Assembly: GCA_010015585.1 (NCBI GenBank)
Contig: ML975151.1
Reading direction: 5' to 3' (one strand)
DNA length: 64,000 nt
Source: Eremomyces bilateralis CBS 781.70
Lineage: Eukaryota
Made by a program: the position numbers and the translations under genes. Under the pieces are notes generated by a model. The model did no database searches. It was not told the origin of the DNA and saw nothing but the letters and a program-made list of their open reading frames with translations. Of the stretch, positions 36,142-48,343 are shown piece by piece. Position 1 is the first letter of the stretch. Each line of letters opens with the position of its first letter.

Positions 36142-37596
36142 AAGCTTAGTAATTACTCTCAACTTCCGTCTCCACGTCCAGGAATGGCATTAGGAAAAAG
36201 TTCTCTCCACTACAATTCGATTGGCCCAAGTATACGGAGTATTATCTCCACCCGCCAGGCTGGCTGCCAGCCGTCGCACGCTGCTCATGTCATCAGGATA
36301 CCGCAGCACGCAATGTGGTGATTCTGGTGAGAAGACGCCGGCAAAGCGGCACATAAATCCAGGCTACAGCGACGCTTTTTAGTTCATACGCCAACGATCG
36401 ATGGACTGGCTGCAGGCCTCATCGCCTCATCGCCTGTCGCGGCCTCGCAGCCTTGCAGGGTCTGCCCCAGTGCCGAGGAGTGCGATCTTCTCCACTCACG
36501 GCTGTTGGTCCCTGGTCGTCTCTCAACAGTCAACGTCAGCCGTCAGTCGTCACCATGCCGATGGCGGATGGGATGGGAAAGCGGTCGAGGTTAGAGGGAT
36601 TCCTGAATCCTGACCTGATCCCTCCGGGCCATGGATATACCGGGCATGGCTTTACTACCTCCGGAATCATCAGTTCAGCTCCAGCGAGCGCGTTGAGAAC
36701 TGGTGTCATTGGTTCAGTCTCACTTCTCCACGGTATAAGGAAAAGCTTGAGGAGATAGAATGACTCACGTCACCAATACAGGATCAACAACGCTCATCAA
36801 CAACGCCTAAACGGTAAGAGTTATGGAGGTAGTATATGTCCGAACCAGGCCGCTTATCAACAAAGCGATTAGACTCATCTGGGTCGACGGAATATACCAC
36901 TACACACCAGATCCTGAACTTGGAACCCTACCATCGTATGGCTTGCATGTTCTTGAAGTCAAGCTGGATCTATCTCATGGAGTCACTGAGTCACCATTAA
37001 CCGTATTAACATTTCAAATTCTAATCGCCGGGTTATCCGTTCTCCTGCAGCACGAGCATCCCCAAAGTCCTGAATCGTCCCTTGCTCCAACATGGCCGAC
37101 CCTGTCTAAAGCTTCTCCTCTCTCTTGTTTCCACAGCATCGGCGTTTGAAAACGCCGACATCATCTCCAACCTCCCAAATCTCCCACCCTAGCGCAAAAC
37201 TGGCGTCAATCGGTCTTCGACCCATTAGCCGATCCTGGGAGTAGAGGAGTCTCCAATATTTTCTGCTCAAAAAAAAGTCCTCGGGCCCAATCGTATCTTC
37301 GTATTCGTCCGATTTTCTCCATCCCCAATTGCCCGGTCCGCCACGTCTTAGTCGTCCCCACTAAGAAATGCTTGACTCCAACCTGCGGTTTGCCGGCATC
37401 ACCATTTTTATGTCACTGCCACCCCTCAGCGTGTTGCTCGTCGGGTCTTCCTTCGTTATTACCTCGCTATATGCTTACGCTCTCCGTCTCACTTCCTTAT
37501 AACCATTTTTATGTCTCCGTTACTTCTATCGCCTTCATTCCTTCTTGTTAGTTGACGACCTAGAGTCAGGTTTCGTTAGCTATCCGTGACCAAAGC

Positions 37597-40500
37597 ATGA
37601 CGCCACCAGCGCCTGAATCTAAAGCCTTGCGGTCTAACGACCCTGCGGCGACGGTCAATGCACCAGAAGTCACGGAGACGCCTATGGAAGAGGGCGAAAA
37701 AGATCTAAACCCCGATTTTGAGAAAAAAGGAGACCCAGAAAGGCCGTTGAGCAATGTACTCGCCAAAACGACGAGCGCATATACGAGCGGCTTCAGCGAA
37801 AATGGGGATGAGGGCGCGACGAGCCAGAAGGCTGCGAAGCGGACTTGGGGCGAGAGACTTAATCCGTTAAAGCACAAGGTACTGCCGCCAGTACCAGAGG
37901 AGAGAGAAGTCTCCAGGGAATACACTGCAGGATTCTTCAGCAAGTTGACCTTCCAATGGATAGCCCCTCTTATGAGCGTAGGTGGATATCGAATTTCTAC
38001 GAAGTTGACGGTCTACTAATTTTGTATTCAGGTCGGCTATCAACGAACCGTTGAAGTCCAGGATCTGTGGAAAGTTAATCCTACGCGAGAGGTCGATCAC
38101 TTAGCGAATACAATGAACGAGCACTTCAAGCGACGGGTGGAGGAGGGCAAGAAGCGACCATTAGTAGGCGCGATGTACGACACGTTCAAGAAGGATTTCC
38201 TGACTGGCGCAGTTTGCCAATTCTTCGGAAGCATTATCATGGTGGTTAATCCGTTCATCCTACGGTATCTAATCCAGTTTGCCGGCGAAGCATACGCTGC
38301 CCAGAAACAAGATCTACCAGAACCGCATATCGGACGGGGGGTCGGCCTTGTCCTTGGGATTTCGGGTCTGCAGCTGGTACAAACCATTTGCATTAACCAC
38401 TTCCTCTACCGCGGGATGATGAATGGCGGCGAATCTCGGGCAGTACTGATGGCGTTGATCTTTGACAAGGCGATGCGATTGTCAGGACGCGCGAAAGCTG
38501 GCGGTAAGTCCCTGGAAACGCCGCCTCCAGAAGTCAAACCAGGAAGTGAGGAAGAAAAAGCATGGTACCGGAAGCTGCTAAAGAAAAAGCGGAAGGAGCC
38601 TACCGACAACGGCTCAGAAAACGGGCAAGGCTGGAGCAATGGCAGGATTGTGAACCTCATGTCATCCGACACCTATCGCATTGATACCGCATCCGGGTTT
38701 TTCCACATGCTTTGGTCCTCTCCTATGATCATCTTGATCACCTTGGCCCTTTTACTCATCAATTTGACATATAGCGCTTTGGCCGGTTTTGGATTGATCA
38801 TTATTTCAATGCCTATCCTAGGGCGTACGATGCGGATTCTCTTCCACCGTCGTGAAGCTATCAATAAGATTACCGATCAACGCGTCGGCCTCACTCAAGA
38901 GATTTTGCAAGCGGTCCGATTTGTGAAGTTCTTTGGTTGGGAGAAGAGCTTCCTCGCTCGATTAAATGAGATTCGAAAGCGAGAGATCCTTTCGATTCAG
39001 GTCTTGTTGGCCATCCGGAACGCAATCAACGCAGTCTCGATGTCTATGCCAGTCTTTGCAGCTATGCTTGCTTTTATTACTTACTCTCTGTCGAACCACG
39101 TCCTGGACCCCGCACCTATCTTCTCTTCTCTTGCTCTCTTCAATTCGTTGCGTCTCCCGCTCAATTTCCTTCCGCTTGTCATTGGTCAGGTCATCGATGC
39201 CCTATCCTCGATCGGCCGCATCCAGGAATTCTTACTTGAAGAAGAAGTGCACGATGATTGCGAATGGGACTATGAGCACAAGAACGCCATTGTGCTCGAG
39301 CACGCGGATTTTACGTGGGAGCGAACCCCGACCCAGGAATCTGAAGAAGCGCCCGAAGAGGGGAGTAGAAAAGAGAAAAAGGCAGCAAAGAAGGCAGCAA
39401 AGAAGGTAGCAAAGGAGGCAGAAAAGAAAGCTGAGGCAACAGGGCCAGACACGGCGAATGAAAGTGCGAGTACCCTAGCGGAAGACGAACCGTTTAAGAT
39501 CTACGATATGGACATTGCGGTCGGCAGAAACGAATTAATAGGGGTCATTGGGACGGTCGGTTCGGGCAAAAGCTCTCTTTTGGCTGCTCTCGCGGGTGAC
39601 ATGCGCAAGACGGCCGGAAAGGTTGTTATGGGTGCATCGCGTGCGTTCTGTCCCCAGTATGCGTGGATCCAGAATGCGACAGTGCGTGACAACATTGTCT
39701 TCAGCAAGGACTTTGATCGGACGTGGTACGATAAGGTCATCGATGCATGTGCACTGCGACCGGATTTTGAAATGCTGCCCGGGGGCGACCAGACCGAGAT
39801 CGGTGAACGAGGGATTACGGTTTCTGGAGGTCAGAAGCAGCGACTCAATATTGCACGGGCCATATACTTCAACGCCGACATCGTCATCATGGATGATCCA
39901 CTGTCCGCAGTGGATGCTCATGTCGGCCGGCATATCATGGATCAGGCTATTTGTGGACTGCTCAAAGACAAGTGCCGCATTCTCGCTACCCATCAACTCC
40001 ACGTCTTGAACCGGTGCGATCGGATCGTCTGGCTTCAGGAGGGACGGGTCGCCGCGTTAGATACCTTTCCTAACCTCATGCAGCACAATGAAGACTTCCA
40101 AAAGATGATGCTGACGACGGCGGTGGAGAAGGAGGAAGAGTCGGTCGACGAAGATGAGATCGAGGAAGATAAGAAACAGCCCAAGAAGAAAACCAAGAAG
40201 CATCGTCCTAAGGGACTGATGCAGGCGGAAGAGCGTGCCGTGAAGAGTGTGTCGTGGGGAGTCTGGTTTGCATTTATCAAAGCGGGCGGCGGATATTGGG
40301 TTGCCCCTCTAGTGTTCATCTTCCTGGCGATGGCGCAGGCATCAAATATTTTGACTAACCTTTGGCTTTCATGGTGGACGTCCGGAAGGTTTGGCTTAAG
40401 TCAAGGTCAATATGTGAGTGCTCGACTATCAATGTTGCTATCTGAGCAGAATCTGACCACCACAGATTGGTGTCTATGCTGGACTCGGCTTCTCCCAAGC

Positions 40501-42073
40501 GGTCGTAATGTTCCTCTTCTCCGTCTCTCTATCAGTATTCGGTACCGAAGCGAGCAAAAAGATGCTCGCTCGAGCCATCACCAAAGTTTTGAGGGCGCCG
40601 ATGAGCTTCTTCGACACTACTCCACTGGGACGTATCACCAATCGCTTTTCTAAAGACGTCGACACTTTGGATAACAACCTGACGGATGCCATGAGGATGT
40701 TCTACTTATCGTTTGGCATGATAATCTCGGTCTTCGCGCTCATAATTTCCTTCTTCCCCTATTTTGCCGTCGCCCTCGTGCCGTTGCTAACTATGTTCCT
40801 CTTCTCCGCTGCTTACTACCGGTCATCTGCTCGGGAGGTTAAGCGACACGAAGCTCTACTCCGCAGTTTTGTCTTCGCCAAATTCAGCGAAGGTGTGTCG
40901 GGGACCGCCACGATCCGGGCGTATGGGCTTCAGGATAAACTTTCACAAGAGGTCCGCAAGTCGATCGATAACATGAACAGCGCATATTACCTGACCTTTG
41001 CCAATCAACGATGGCTCAGTATGAGACTCGACATTGTCGGTATCCTGCTGGTCTTCACTGTCGGTATCCTGGTGGTCACCAACCGATTCGATGTGGAACC
41101 CAGCACTGGCGCCCTTGTCCTAAGTTACATCTTATCCATCGTTCAGATGATTCAGTTCACCGTCCGCCAACTCGCGGAAGTGGAGAACAACATGAACTCG
41201 GCCGAACGCCTCCACTACTACGGCACCGAGATTGAAGAAGAAGCACCTCTCCATGCTGTTCAAGTCCGACCGACTTGGCCCGAGCACGGCGAGATCATCT
41301 TTGATGAAGTTCAGATGCGGTATCGTGCCGGTCTCCCTCTCGTGCTCAAGGGCCTCAACATGCATGTCAAGGCCGGCGAGCGTATCGGTGTGGTCGGCCG
41401 CACAGGCGCTGGGAAATCCAGCATCATGAGCACTCTGTTCCGACTCACGGAGCTGTCCGGTGGAACCATCTCCATCGACGGCGTTGACATTAGCCAAGTC
41501 GGACTATATGATCTTCGCTCCCGCCTTGCCATCATTCCGCAGGACCCGACCCTCTTCCGCGGAACGATTCGCACCAATCTGGATCCGTTCAATGAGCACA
41601 ACGACCTCGAACTGTGGACGGCCCTGCGCCAAGCTCACCTCGTCGACGCCGAAGCGACCATGGATGACCGCTCCGGACGCATCCAATTGGACGGCATCGT
41701 CGAAGAAGAGGGGCTCAACTACTCCCTCGGTCAACGCCAATTGATGGCGCTCGCTCGTGCGCTCGTCCGCAACTCCCAGATCATCGTCTGCGATGAGGCC
41801 ACTTCCTCGGTCGACATGGAGACCGACCAGAAGATCCAGCATACGATCGCCACGGGATTCTACGGTAAGACGTTGCTGTGCATTGCGCATCGGTTGAAGA
41901 CGATTATCGGGTATGATCGGATCTGTGTCATGGATAACGGGCAGATTTCCGAGTTGGAGGCGCCATTGGTGCTGTACGATCGGGAAGAGAGTATCTTTAG
42001 GAGCTTGTGTGAGAGGAGTGGGATTACCAGGGAGCATTTCTTCCAGGCGAAGGCAGAGATGGGAGAGTTGTAG
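37597..42073 (+). CDS. Full-size ABCC/MRP transporter, Yor1-like; 3 exons
   Basis: TMD-NBD twice: GTVGSGKSS, VSGGQKQR, DDPLSAVD; GRTGAGKSS, YSLGQRQL, DEATSSVD; FFDTTPLGRI; introns at about 37978-38031 and 40414-40465. Confidence 0.94.
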
Positions 42074-42811
42074 CGGCTGTTGTGCTGCGAAGTACATTGT
42101 GCATGAGTGATCCGATGCACCGATCTCATATGCATGCTCTTTTTTAGAATAGATTTGGCCAACCAGACGGCTTCAGGCATGTGGTCCTCTTTGTTAGATA
42201 CAAGAGTTGGTCCCAAGCCATCTACTTTCATATAATTACACATAATAGAACGGATATGGTTTCAATGGTCCAATCCCTGATGTATGCTGATCATCGCGCT
42301 ACCCAGCTGGTACAGGTAACTATCAAGCGTCACTCTTGCACCTGCCATCGAATCATATTTAATGAGGTTACCAAAAAATTTGTCATCAGAGGGATGAAGA
42401 GTAAGAATATGGATTAAAATCGTTGAAAGGGTACTGATGGCAGTCGGGTTGGAAGACGATAAACATTCTGATCGATGTTCGACTTCTAGCGACTACTGGG
42501 ATGGCATCAGAACTCCAGTAGAAGCAGACTAGATGGCTCTAAACAAAGAGCAACCGATGGGATGAGAACTTCACCGATTGTATTTGACTCTAGAATCCGA
42601 CATCCACACCGTGCGAGAATTTACACAATGTTGAGGCCTAGAGAGATCTCACGTGAAGAGAAATGAACGCGGAATTATTACACAGCAGCTTGGATCCCAT
42701 CACCTCCACCCTTTCAGGTACACTGCAAGGTTGACACCGTCAATACGAGCTATCCGGTCGCTTGATGAGTACGGAATACAGACATGCTCGCGACGGTCCT
42801 TATCCATTCGC

Positions 42812-45171
42812 CTAGGAGTACCTCAACGGTGCGTTGACTGCCTCCGTCTCGCCTTGCTGTTGGTAATATTTGGTGTAAGGATTCTCACCACGCCGAATCG
42901 CCGAATCGTCGACAGCGACGCCAGGATGACCATTCTCCATCGCTAGCCGTCGATCGGTTGTCGATTCCTTTCCATCTTCCGCGAGCTTCGTCTTGCTTAC
43001 GCTCTGCACTGAGAATGGTCTGCAAGTTGTAAGCATCGAGTGAAATAATCACGAGGCGACCATAAACGTACCCATTGACTTCTTTGTCAAGCGTTAGATA
43101 CTCCTTTGCGACGTCTTTGACTCCACGATCAAGGAGGTATACTTGATAATAATGGACGATATCCTTGATTACAGCGGGAGGAAGCTGAGTCTTCCGCCGG
43201 ACATCGTCCACGACGTTCCTTATCCGAGCGTACTGTACTTCTTCCGTCTCTTTGCTTGTCGGCTGCTCCAGCTCGAAGTTGAAGTATGAGATCCAGAATC
43301 GCTTGACGTCCAAGTACCACTGTTGCTGCTTCTGATAAATCTGCCGGGCTTCTTCGACGGAGCCTTTCACTTTCCAAATGAGTCGAGCCCATTCCGCCAC
43401 CAGCGCTCCTTTGATATAGATGTCGGTCGTCTGCGAGTCGATCTGATCCTTCAGGACAGCAATGGCCGCTTCAAATCCTTTTTGACGACGCTGTAAGCTC
43501 GACCAGCTGAGAATCGTGTCAATATGCTGGGGGGTCTCGAGAAGAATAGCCTGGTAGATAGCCTCAGCGACGTCTGGTCGTCCGCTCATCTCTTCAAAGA
43601 GCGCATATTGATGACGGATGTGAGGTCGGGAGATGGGGACGTAGATCGTAGAAGCCTTTTGATAGATGATGCGGACCTCCTCCTCCTTGCCTTGCTGAGC
43701 CATCATCCATCGAGCGTAGCGGAGCCAGAATTCGTCGTACAGTGCACAAGTGACCAGGCATCGGTCGTAGAGGAATCGTGTTCGCTCGTGGTCGCCTTCC
43801 ACTTCCTCGAAATCCAGGTATTTTCTCCAGTTAACCAGTTCCGCCTCCTCAAGCTCGAAGATGTGGAAATATGGCCGCTTGATCGACTTCTCGAAGTTCC
43901 ATCGCTTCATGACCTCGGTTTGCGTGTGGTTGAAGATCTCTTGGTGGAAGCTGTGGAGTCGTTCCCGTAATCTCCGCTCCAGCTCCAGTTCGCTGAGCTC
44001 TTTTTGCCCACTCTCCATTTCGATTTCGCTTTTGAACTGAGCAATCACTTCTTCGGGAGCGAGGTCGGCAATCGGCCGGTGTTGAGCGTGTCGCGTAAAA
44101 AGGTCGAAGTACCGTTGAAATTGGTCGCAAGGAATATGGATGACTCGTTCCAATATCTGGAACACTTTGTCTTGTGCTTCCAACCGCTCCTCAAACTCGA
44201 TGTACTTGTCCCAGAAGGGTTGGCATTGGAAGTCAATACCTACGCAACTAGCCCCCCTCTCAAAGAGTCTGGGGTGTTCAGGTCAGTGATTGGAACGTAG
44301 AAGATATTGGGGTTAGGGGAAAGGAGGGAAATAGCAGTGGGTAGATACAGTGTGTAATCGGGAGCTTGAGATGGGCGTAGAGCAACCAGCGTCCGAATAT
44401 TCCTTTGCAAAACCGATCAAGAACTGGAGAACGAGCTAGCGCACGGGCTAAAGTGTGCATATGAAGCGATAAGAAGGAAAAGCGTCTGGAGAGTGAGTGT
44501 GAGAACTGCGAACAGTAGAATCTTTTCTTTTGTGGCCATCTCACCGATCTCGAGACCCTGCCGCACGAGTGACGAATCCATTCTTCGTTCGCTAAGGTGA
44601 CAGTCGCTCGACTGCGAACTGCCGCTGACCGCCCTCTGTGCCTGTCAAAGGGAAGGAAGGCATACAGCCTATGATACTTACTCTCGAATGACTTCATTGT
44701 CGTGGGTTGTGTCAGCCTTGAAGCCACAGTACGATTGCCAGAGATCGGGGGAGTTCGATACGGACGCCACACCACGTTCATACACCTAGACGTAGTTAGC
44801 ATGAGACGCGGCATCGTGGAAGTGGTGACTTACCATCTCCGCGGCTTCCGTGCCGGCTATCGAAAACTCCATATCGGCATACTTCTTCCAGAATCCGAAG
44901 TAGAGAGGAAATTTGGCCAAGAACTTGTCGTAGGCGAGACGCGCGAACGTGATGGAATTCGGATTCGAGTTGCGATTCAGCCCGCCTTCTTGTGATTCGG
45001 CCTTAGTGATGAGCGCTTCCCACGCGCTGAAGTCTTCCGGATCTTGAAGCTATTGTGAAGGTCAGCTTATCGTTGACAGATTGGAGGCGCGTCGACACAT
45101 ACCACCGCATCGTTCAGTTTCCTGAGTTCTAGGCTGTCCTCATCGGTGCCAAAATCGAATTCTGACGCCAT
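42812..45171 (-). CDS. PRP39: Pre-mRNA processing factor Prp39 (U1 snRNP HAT-repeat protein); 5 exons
   Basis: FLAKFPLYFGFWKKYA, LFERGASCVGIDF..PFWDKY, FEKSIKRPYFHI, NWRKYLDFEE, LYDRCLVTCALYDEFW; includes a 413-nt intron at 44269-44681. Confidence 0.92.
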
Positions 45172-45835
45172 CTCCGGTTCGAACGAAGGATTGTATGAAA
45201 GAGAGGAAGAAATAGGATGGAAAGAGTGTTCAGGTCTTAATAACCATGCGACCGCGGGATGTGTTGTGATGAATCCTAGTGTCGGTAGAAGTCGTTCCCA
45301 GTGAGCAACCAAAGATGATGATGATTAGAATGGGGGTAAGTTTAAGGTTCCGCGACCGAGGAGATGGACTCGAGAGATGGGCTTGAGAGATGGACTCGAG
45401 CGATGGAAAGATGCAGGATTGATGAGTCGGAGTGAAGCAAGAAGCTCCAACTGGAAACTCTCATCTCGGAGAATCAATGAGAGCCGCTGGGTCTTGGCAT
45501 ATCAACTTCCAATTCAGCTCCACCACGGAGACCGTGGTAAGATTATTTAATGAATTCATAAGAATCTTTCCTCCAATCACATGCTACATTATTCCGATCA
45601 ATTATCGCGTTTGCGAAAAGGCATAGCTTGCGACCGGTGAAAATTTGAATATATGTCCGATTCGCTGTACTATCTATCAAAATGATTGCAAATGCCCCCC
45701 TAAGATATGGCTGAGACAGCCTTCACCTCGACGGTATCGCATACACTGTCATAGCATACATTGTCATTTACAATTGCTCCATCGCTAGTTGCACTTCGTC
45801 ATCATGACCTGTCTCCATATGGATTACTTCGTCGA

Positions 45836-48343
45836 CTACGTCTCGGCAGAAGCGATCGGAGCGATCGGAGCAATCGGACTTTGCCTCTCCCGTAGAAGGC
45901 GGAGTGGAAGAGCGAAGAGCCCTTCTTCTGGACGTTCCTCGACTTGCCATTCAGCCTCCGCCGCTCCCTCACCCCGAGTCCCGTCCTTCTTTGCTGGGTC
46001 GATAGCCTCCTCTGCTGAGAGCGAATCTTCGATGGGTTTGGTGGCCTCTGGACTGGATTCAAGTGAGACCTCTGGGCTCTGTACCGTGTCGAGTAGAGCA
46101 TCTTTGGGAGACCCATCGTGCGGTTTAGTGGCCTCTGGCTTGACAACCTCTGGTGTGACATCCTCGAGCTTAACAGTCCCGGGTATGGGTTCTTCCGGCT
46201 CAACACTCTTAGGGTTAAGGTCCTCCGTCTCAGCTTCCTCCGAATTGACATGATCTGGGGTGATGTCCTCCGGCGAGGCCTTTTCCAGTTTGACATCCAC
46301 TCGCTTGAAATCCTCCGACGTGATGTCCTCCAGCGTGACGTCCTGCAGCTTGACATCCTCCAGCTTGACGTCCTCCAACTTAACGTGCTCCACCTTGATA
46401 TCCTCCGCCTTAATTCCCTCAGATCCAATTACTACGGGTTTACTCTCCTCCGGCGTGATATTGTCCAGCTTGACATCCTCGTGGGTAATGCCATTAGAGT
46501 CGACTCCACTAATTTCAGCGCTCTTGGGCATGCTATTCTCGAGCACTGTGTCGTCGACCTTGGTTTCTACAATATTGACAGCCTCAGACCCGATTTGTCT
46601 AACCTGAACGTCTGCGGACGGGGATGGTTCGGCGGCGGGACCATCCGAACAGACTTCTTCGAGCTTGTTTGGCTCAGCCTGGTCGTCTCCAGACGGAAAC
46701 AGTTCGGTGTCCAGTGCTTCCAAACCAGGTTCCCCAGGTAAGATGGTTTTCGTATATGTGGGCTCCACAGGAGTGTCGTCGTCCGTTCTGTGCGCTTCGA
46801 ATTCGGCCGGCTGGGAAATGGGCACATTTACAGGTACTTTCACTTCCTGGGCTTCGGCTCTCTCAAAGCCCATTTTGGGTGTGACCGGCTCGGGCGTAGG
46901 CACGCTCGCCTCAATTTCCTCAGTGACGGCTTTCTCTTTACCTGCCTCAGAGTTGACAGGTTCAGATGCGGGCTCCTCTGCTATCCCATCCTCGGGTTTG
47001 GTTTTCTCCGTCTCTATCACTGGAGATTGAACATGCCCGGTTTGATTTCCCGCGGATCTGAAGCCTGACTTCGGTGTCTCCCCCCTCGCCAGTTCTCCCT
47101 TCAACTCAGCAAAAGCCCGGGACGATGTGGAAATGGCCGTTGTAGGCGTCTCTAGCGGTAAAGGACTTCTCGCCACAGCATCCAAGCTTCCTAGCTCCGC
47201 CAGCGACTGCTGCTGCACGAGGAGAGGGGGCGGACTCTGCGGCATCATCCGCACTGCCGTCATTGGGGTCAGCGGCATGAACGGGCGATTTCCCTGCGGC
47301 GACTTCAACAGCGCGGCATTCAGGTTGGTTCCGCGAATCGCCGCATAGGAGCTCACGGCGACGTCGCTCCCCTCCGGTGACAGCGGGTTGCTATGGATCG
47401 ATCCGCCGCTCATGGAGAGAGTTATGGCGCTTTGGCGGGCCGTTCCAAGCTCCTTGTCGCTCGTGCCAAGTTTCAGACCCTTCAGTTTCTCTGATAGGCG
47501 GCTGCCACCGGGGCTGCGCGGCGATGTAGGGCTGCGGGTGCCAGAAGGGGGAGATCGAGGGGCTTCGGCACCGGAGAGGTCAATTCCGCCAATGGAGATC
47601 GGTGCAGGTCTGGAGGAGACCCCGAAGTTCTGTTCGATCCATTCCTTTTCCTGCATAGCCATGATCAGGGCAACGCCTTCGACGTTCTTCTTAGACTCCT
47701 CGTCGATTTCCTTTTGTAATGACCGAAGACGCGCCTTGGCCCATTTCGTGTGTAAGACGCCTTTCTTGCCAGCCGACCGCGCTGTAGCACCTAACTCAGG
47801 TGGGTAGATTGCGGGTAACGGATTCGCCCGCCATGTTCGTTCTGGTGCGCTCGGCGATTTGGAACCGTTACGTTCGCCTTTGTCTCCGTCGCCCATTGAT
47901 GAGGGATTTGTTTTGAAAGGTATTCTAGTCAAGGTAATCATTGCCGGTACGGAAACGCCGGGTGGAAGCAAGTAGTAGAGTCTGGTAACCTCCTCCGTCC
48001 CACCTTTTCGATCATCAGCCGGCAGAACCACACTCTTGCCCTCCCACCAGATATGCCATTCGTCGCCATCGTTTGCATGTCCGCTGGTATCGACATCCGC
48101 ATCCCATTCGATCATCAGGATCTTGGTACCCTCATTGCCTTTGCCCGACTCGAACTCGAACCTGGCCCTACAGCCAGAGTTGTTTGATAGGCTCGAGGAC
48201 CCGTAAATTGACGGTCGCTGATAGGGCTGGACATTGAGCGGATGATATGCGCGCGGTGTCGATGTGTCGAGCGGACTTAGTGCCGATGTGAGGGAGTTGC
48301 GATGGTGCGGATGCGGTGTGGATGCTGCTGCTGGATGCGCCAT
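45836..48343 (-). CDS. Fungal hypothetical protein: conserved-looking N-terminal domain plus acidic low-complexity repeat region
   Basis: 835-aa ATG ORF; GNEGTKILMIEW, NPLPAIYPPELG, GKKGVLHTKWAK; KLEDV/KLEDI repeats. Confidence 0.8.
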   Translation of the reverse strand: MAHPAAASTPHPHHRNSLTSALSPLDTSTPRAYHPLNVQPYQRPSIYGSSSLSNNSGCRARFEFESGKGNEGTKILMIEWDADVDTSGHANDGDEWHIWWEGKSVVLPADDRKGGTEEVTRLYYLLPPGVSVPAMITLTRIPFKTNPSSMGDGDKGERNGSKSPSAPERTWRANPLPAIYPPELGATARSAGKKGVLHTKWAKARLRSLQKEIDEESKKNVEGVALIMAMQEKEWIEQNFGVSSRPAPISIGGIDLSGAEAPRSPPSGTRSPTSPRSPGGSRLSEKLKGLKLGTSDKELGTARQSAITLSMSGGSIHSNPLSPEGSDVAVSSYAAIRGTNLNAALLKSPQGNRPFMPLTPMTAVRMMPQSPPPLLVQQQSLAELGSLDAVARSPLPLETPTTAISTSSRAFAELKGELARGETPKSGFRSAGNQTGHVQSPVIETEKTKPEDGIAEEPASEPVNSEAGKEKAVTEEIEASVPTPEPVTPKMGFERAEAQEVKVPVNVPISQPAEFEAHRTDDDTPVEPTYTKTILPGEPGLEALDTELFPSGDDQAEPNKLEEVCSDGPAAEPSPSADVQVRQIGSEAVNIVETKVDDTVLENSMPKSAEISGVDSNGITHEDVKLDNITPEESKPVVIGSEGIKAEDIKVEHVKLEDVKLEDVKLQDVTLEDITSEDFKRVDVKLEKASPEDITPDHVNSEEAETEDLNPKSVEPEEPIPGTVKLEDVTPEVVKPEATKPHDGSPKDALLDTVQSPEVSLESSPEATKPIEDSLSAEEAIDPAKKDGTRGEGAAEAEWQVEERPEEGLFALPLRLLRERQSPIAPIAPIASAET

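Noticed and set aside
24789..42073. Secondary-metabolite cluster (dioxygenase, GliJ-like dipeptidase, SDR, aminotransferase, ABC transporter)
   Set aside because: No PKS, NRPS or terpene backbone gene in the window; the genes look like housekeeping-type members (CAR2, Yor1-like, membrane-anchored dipeptidase)
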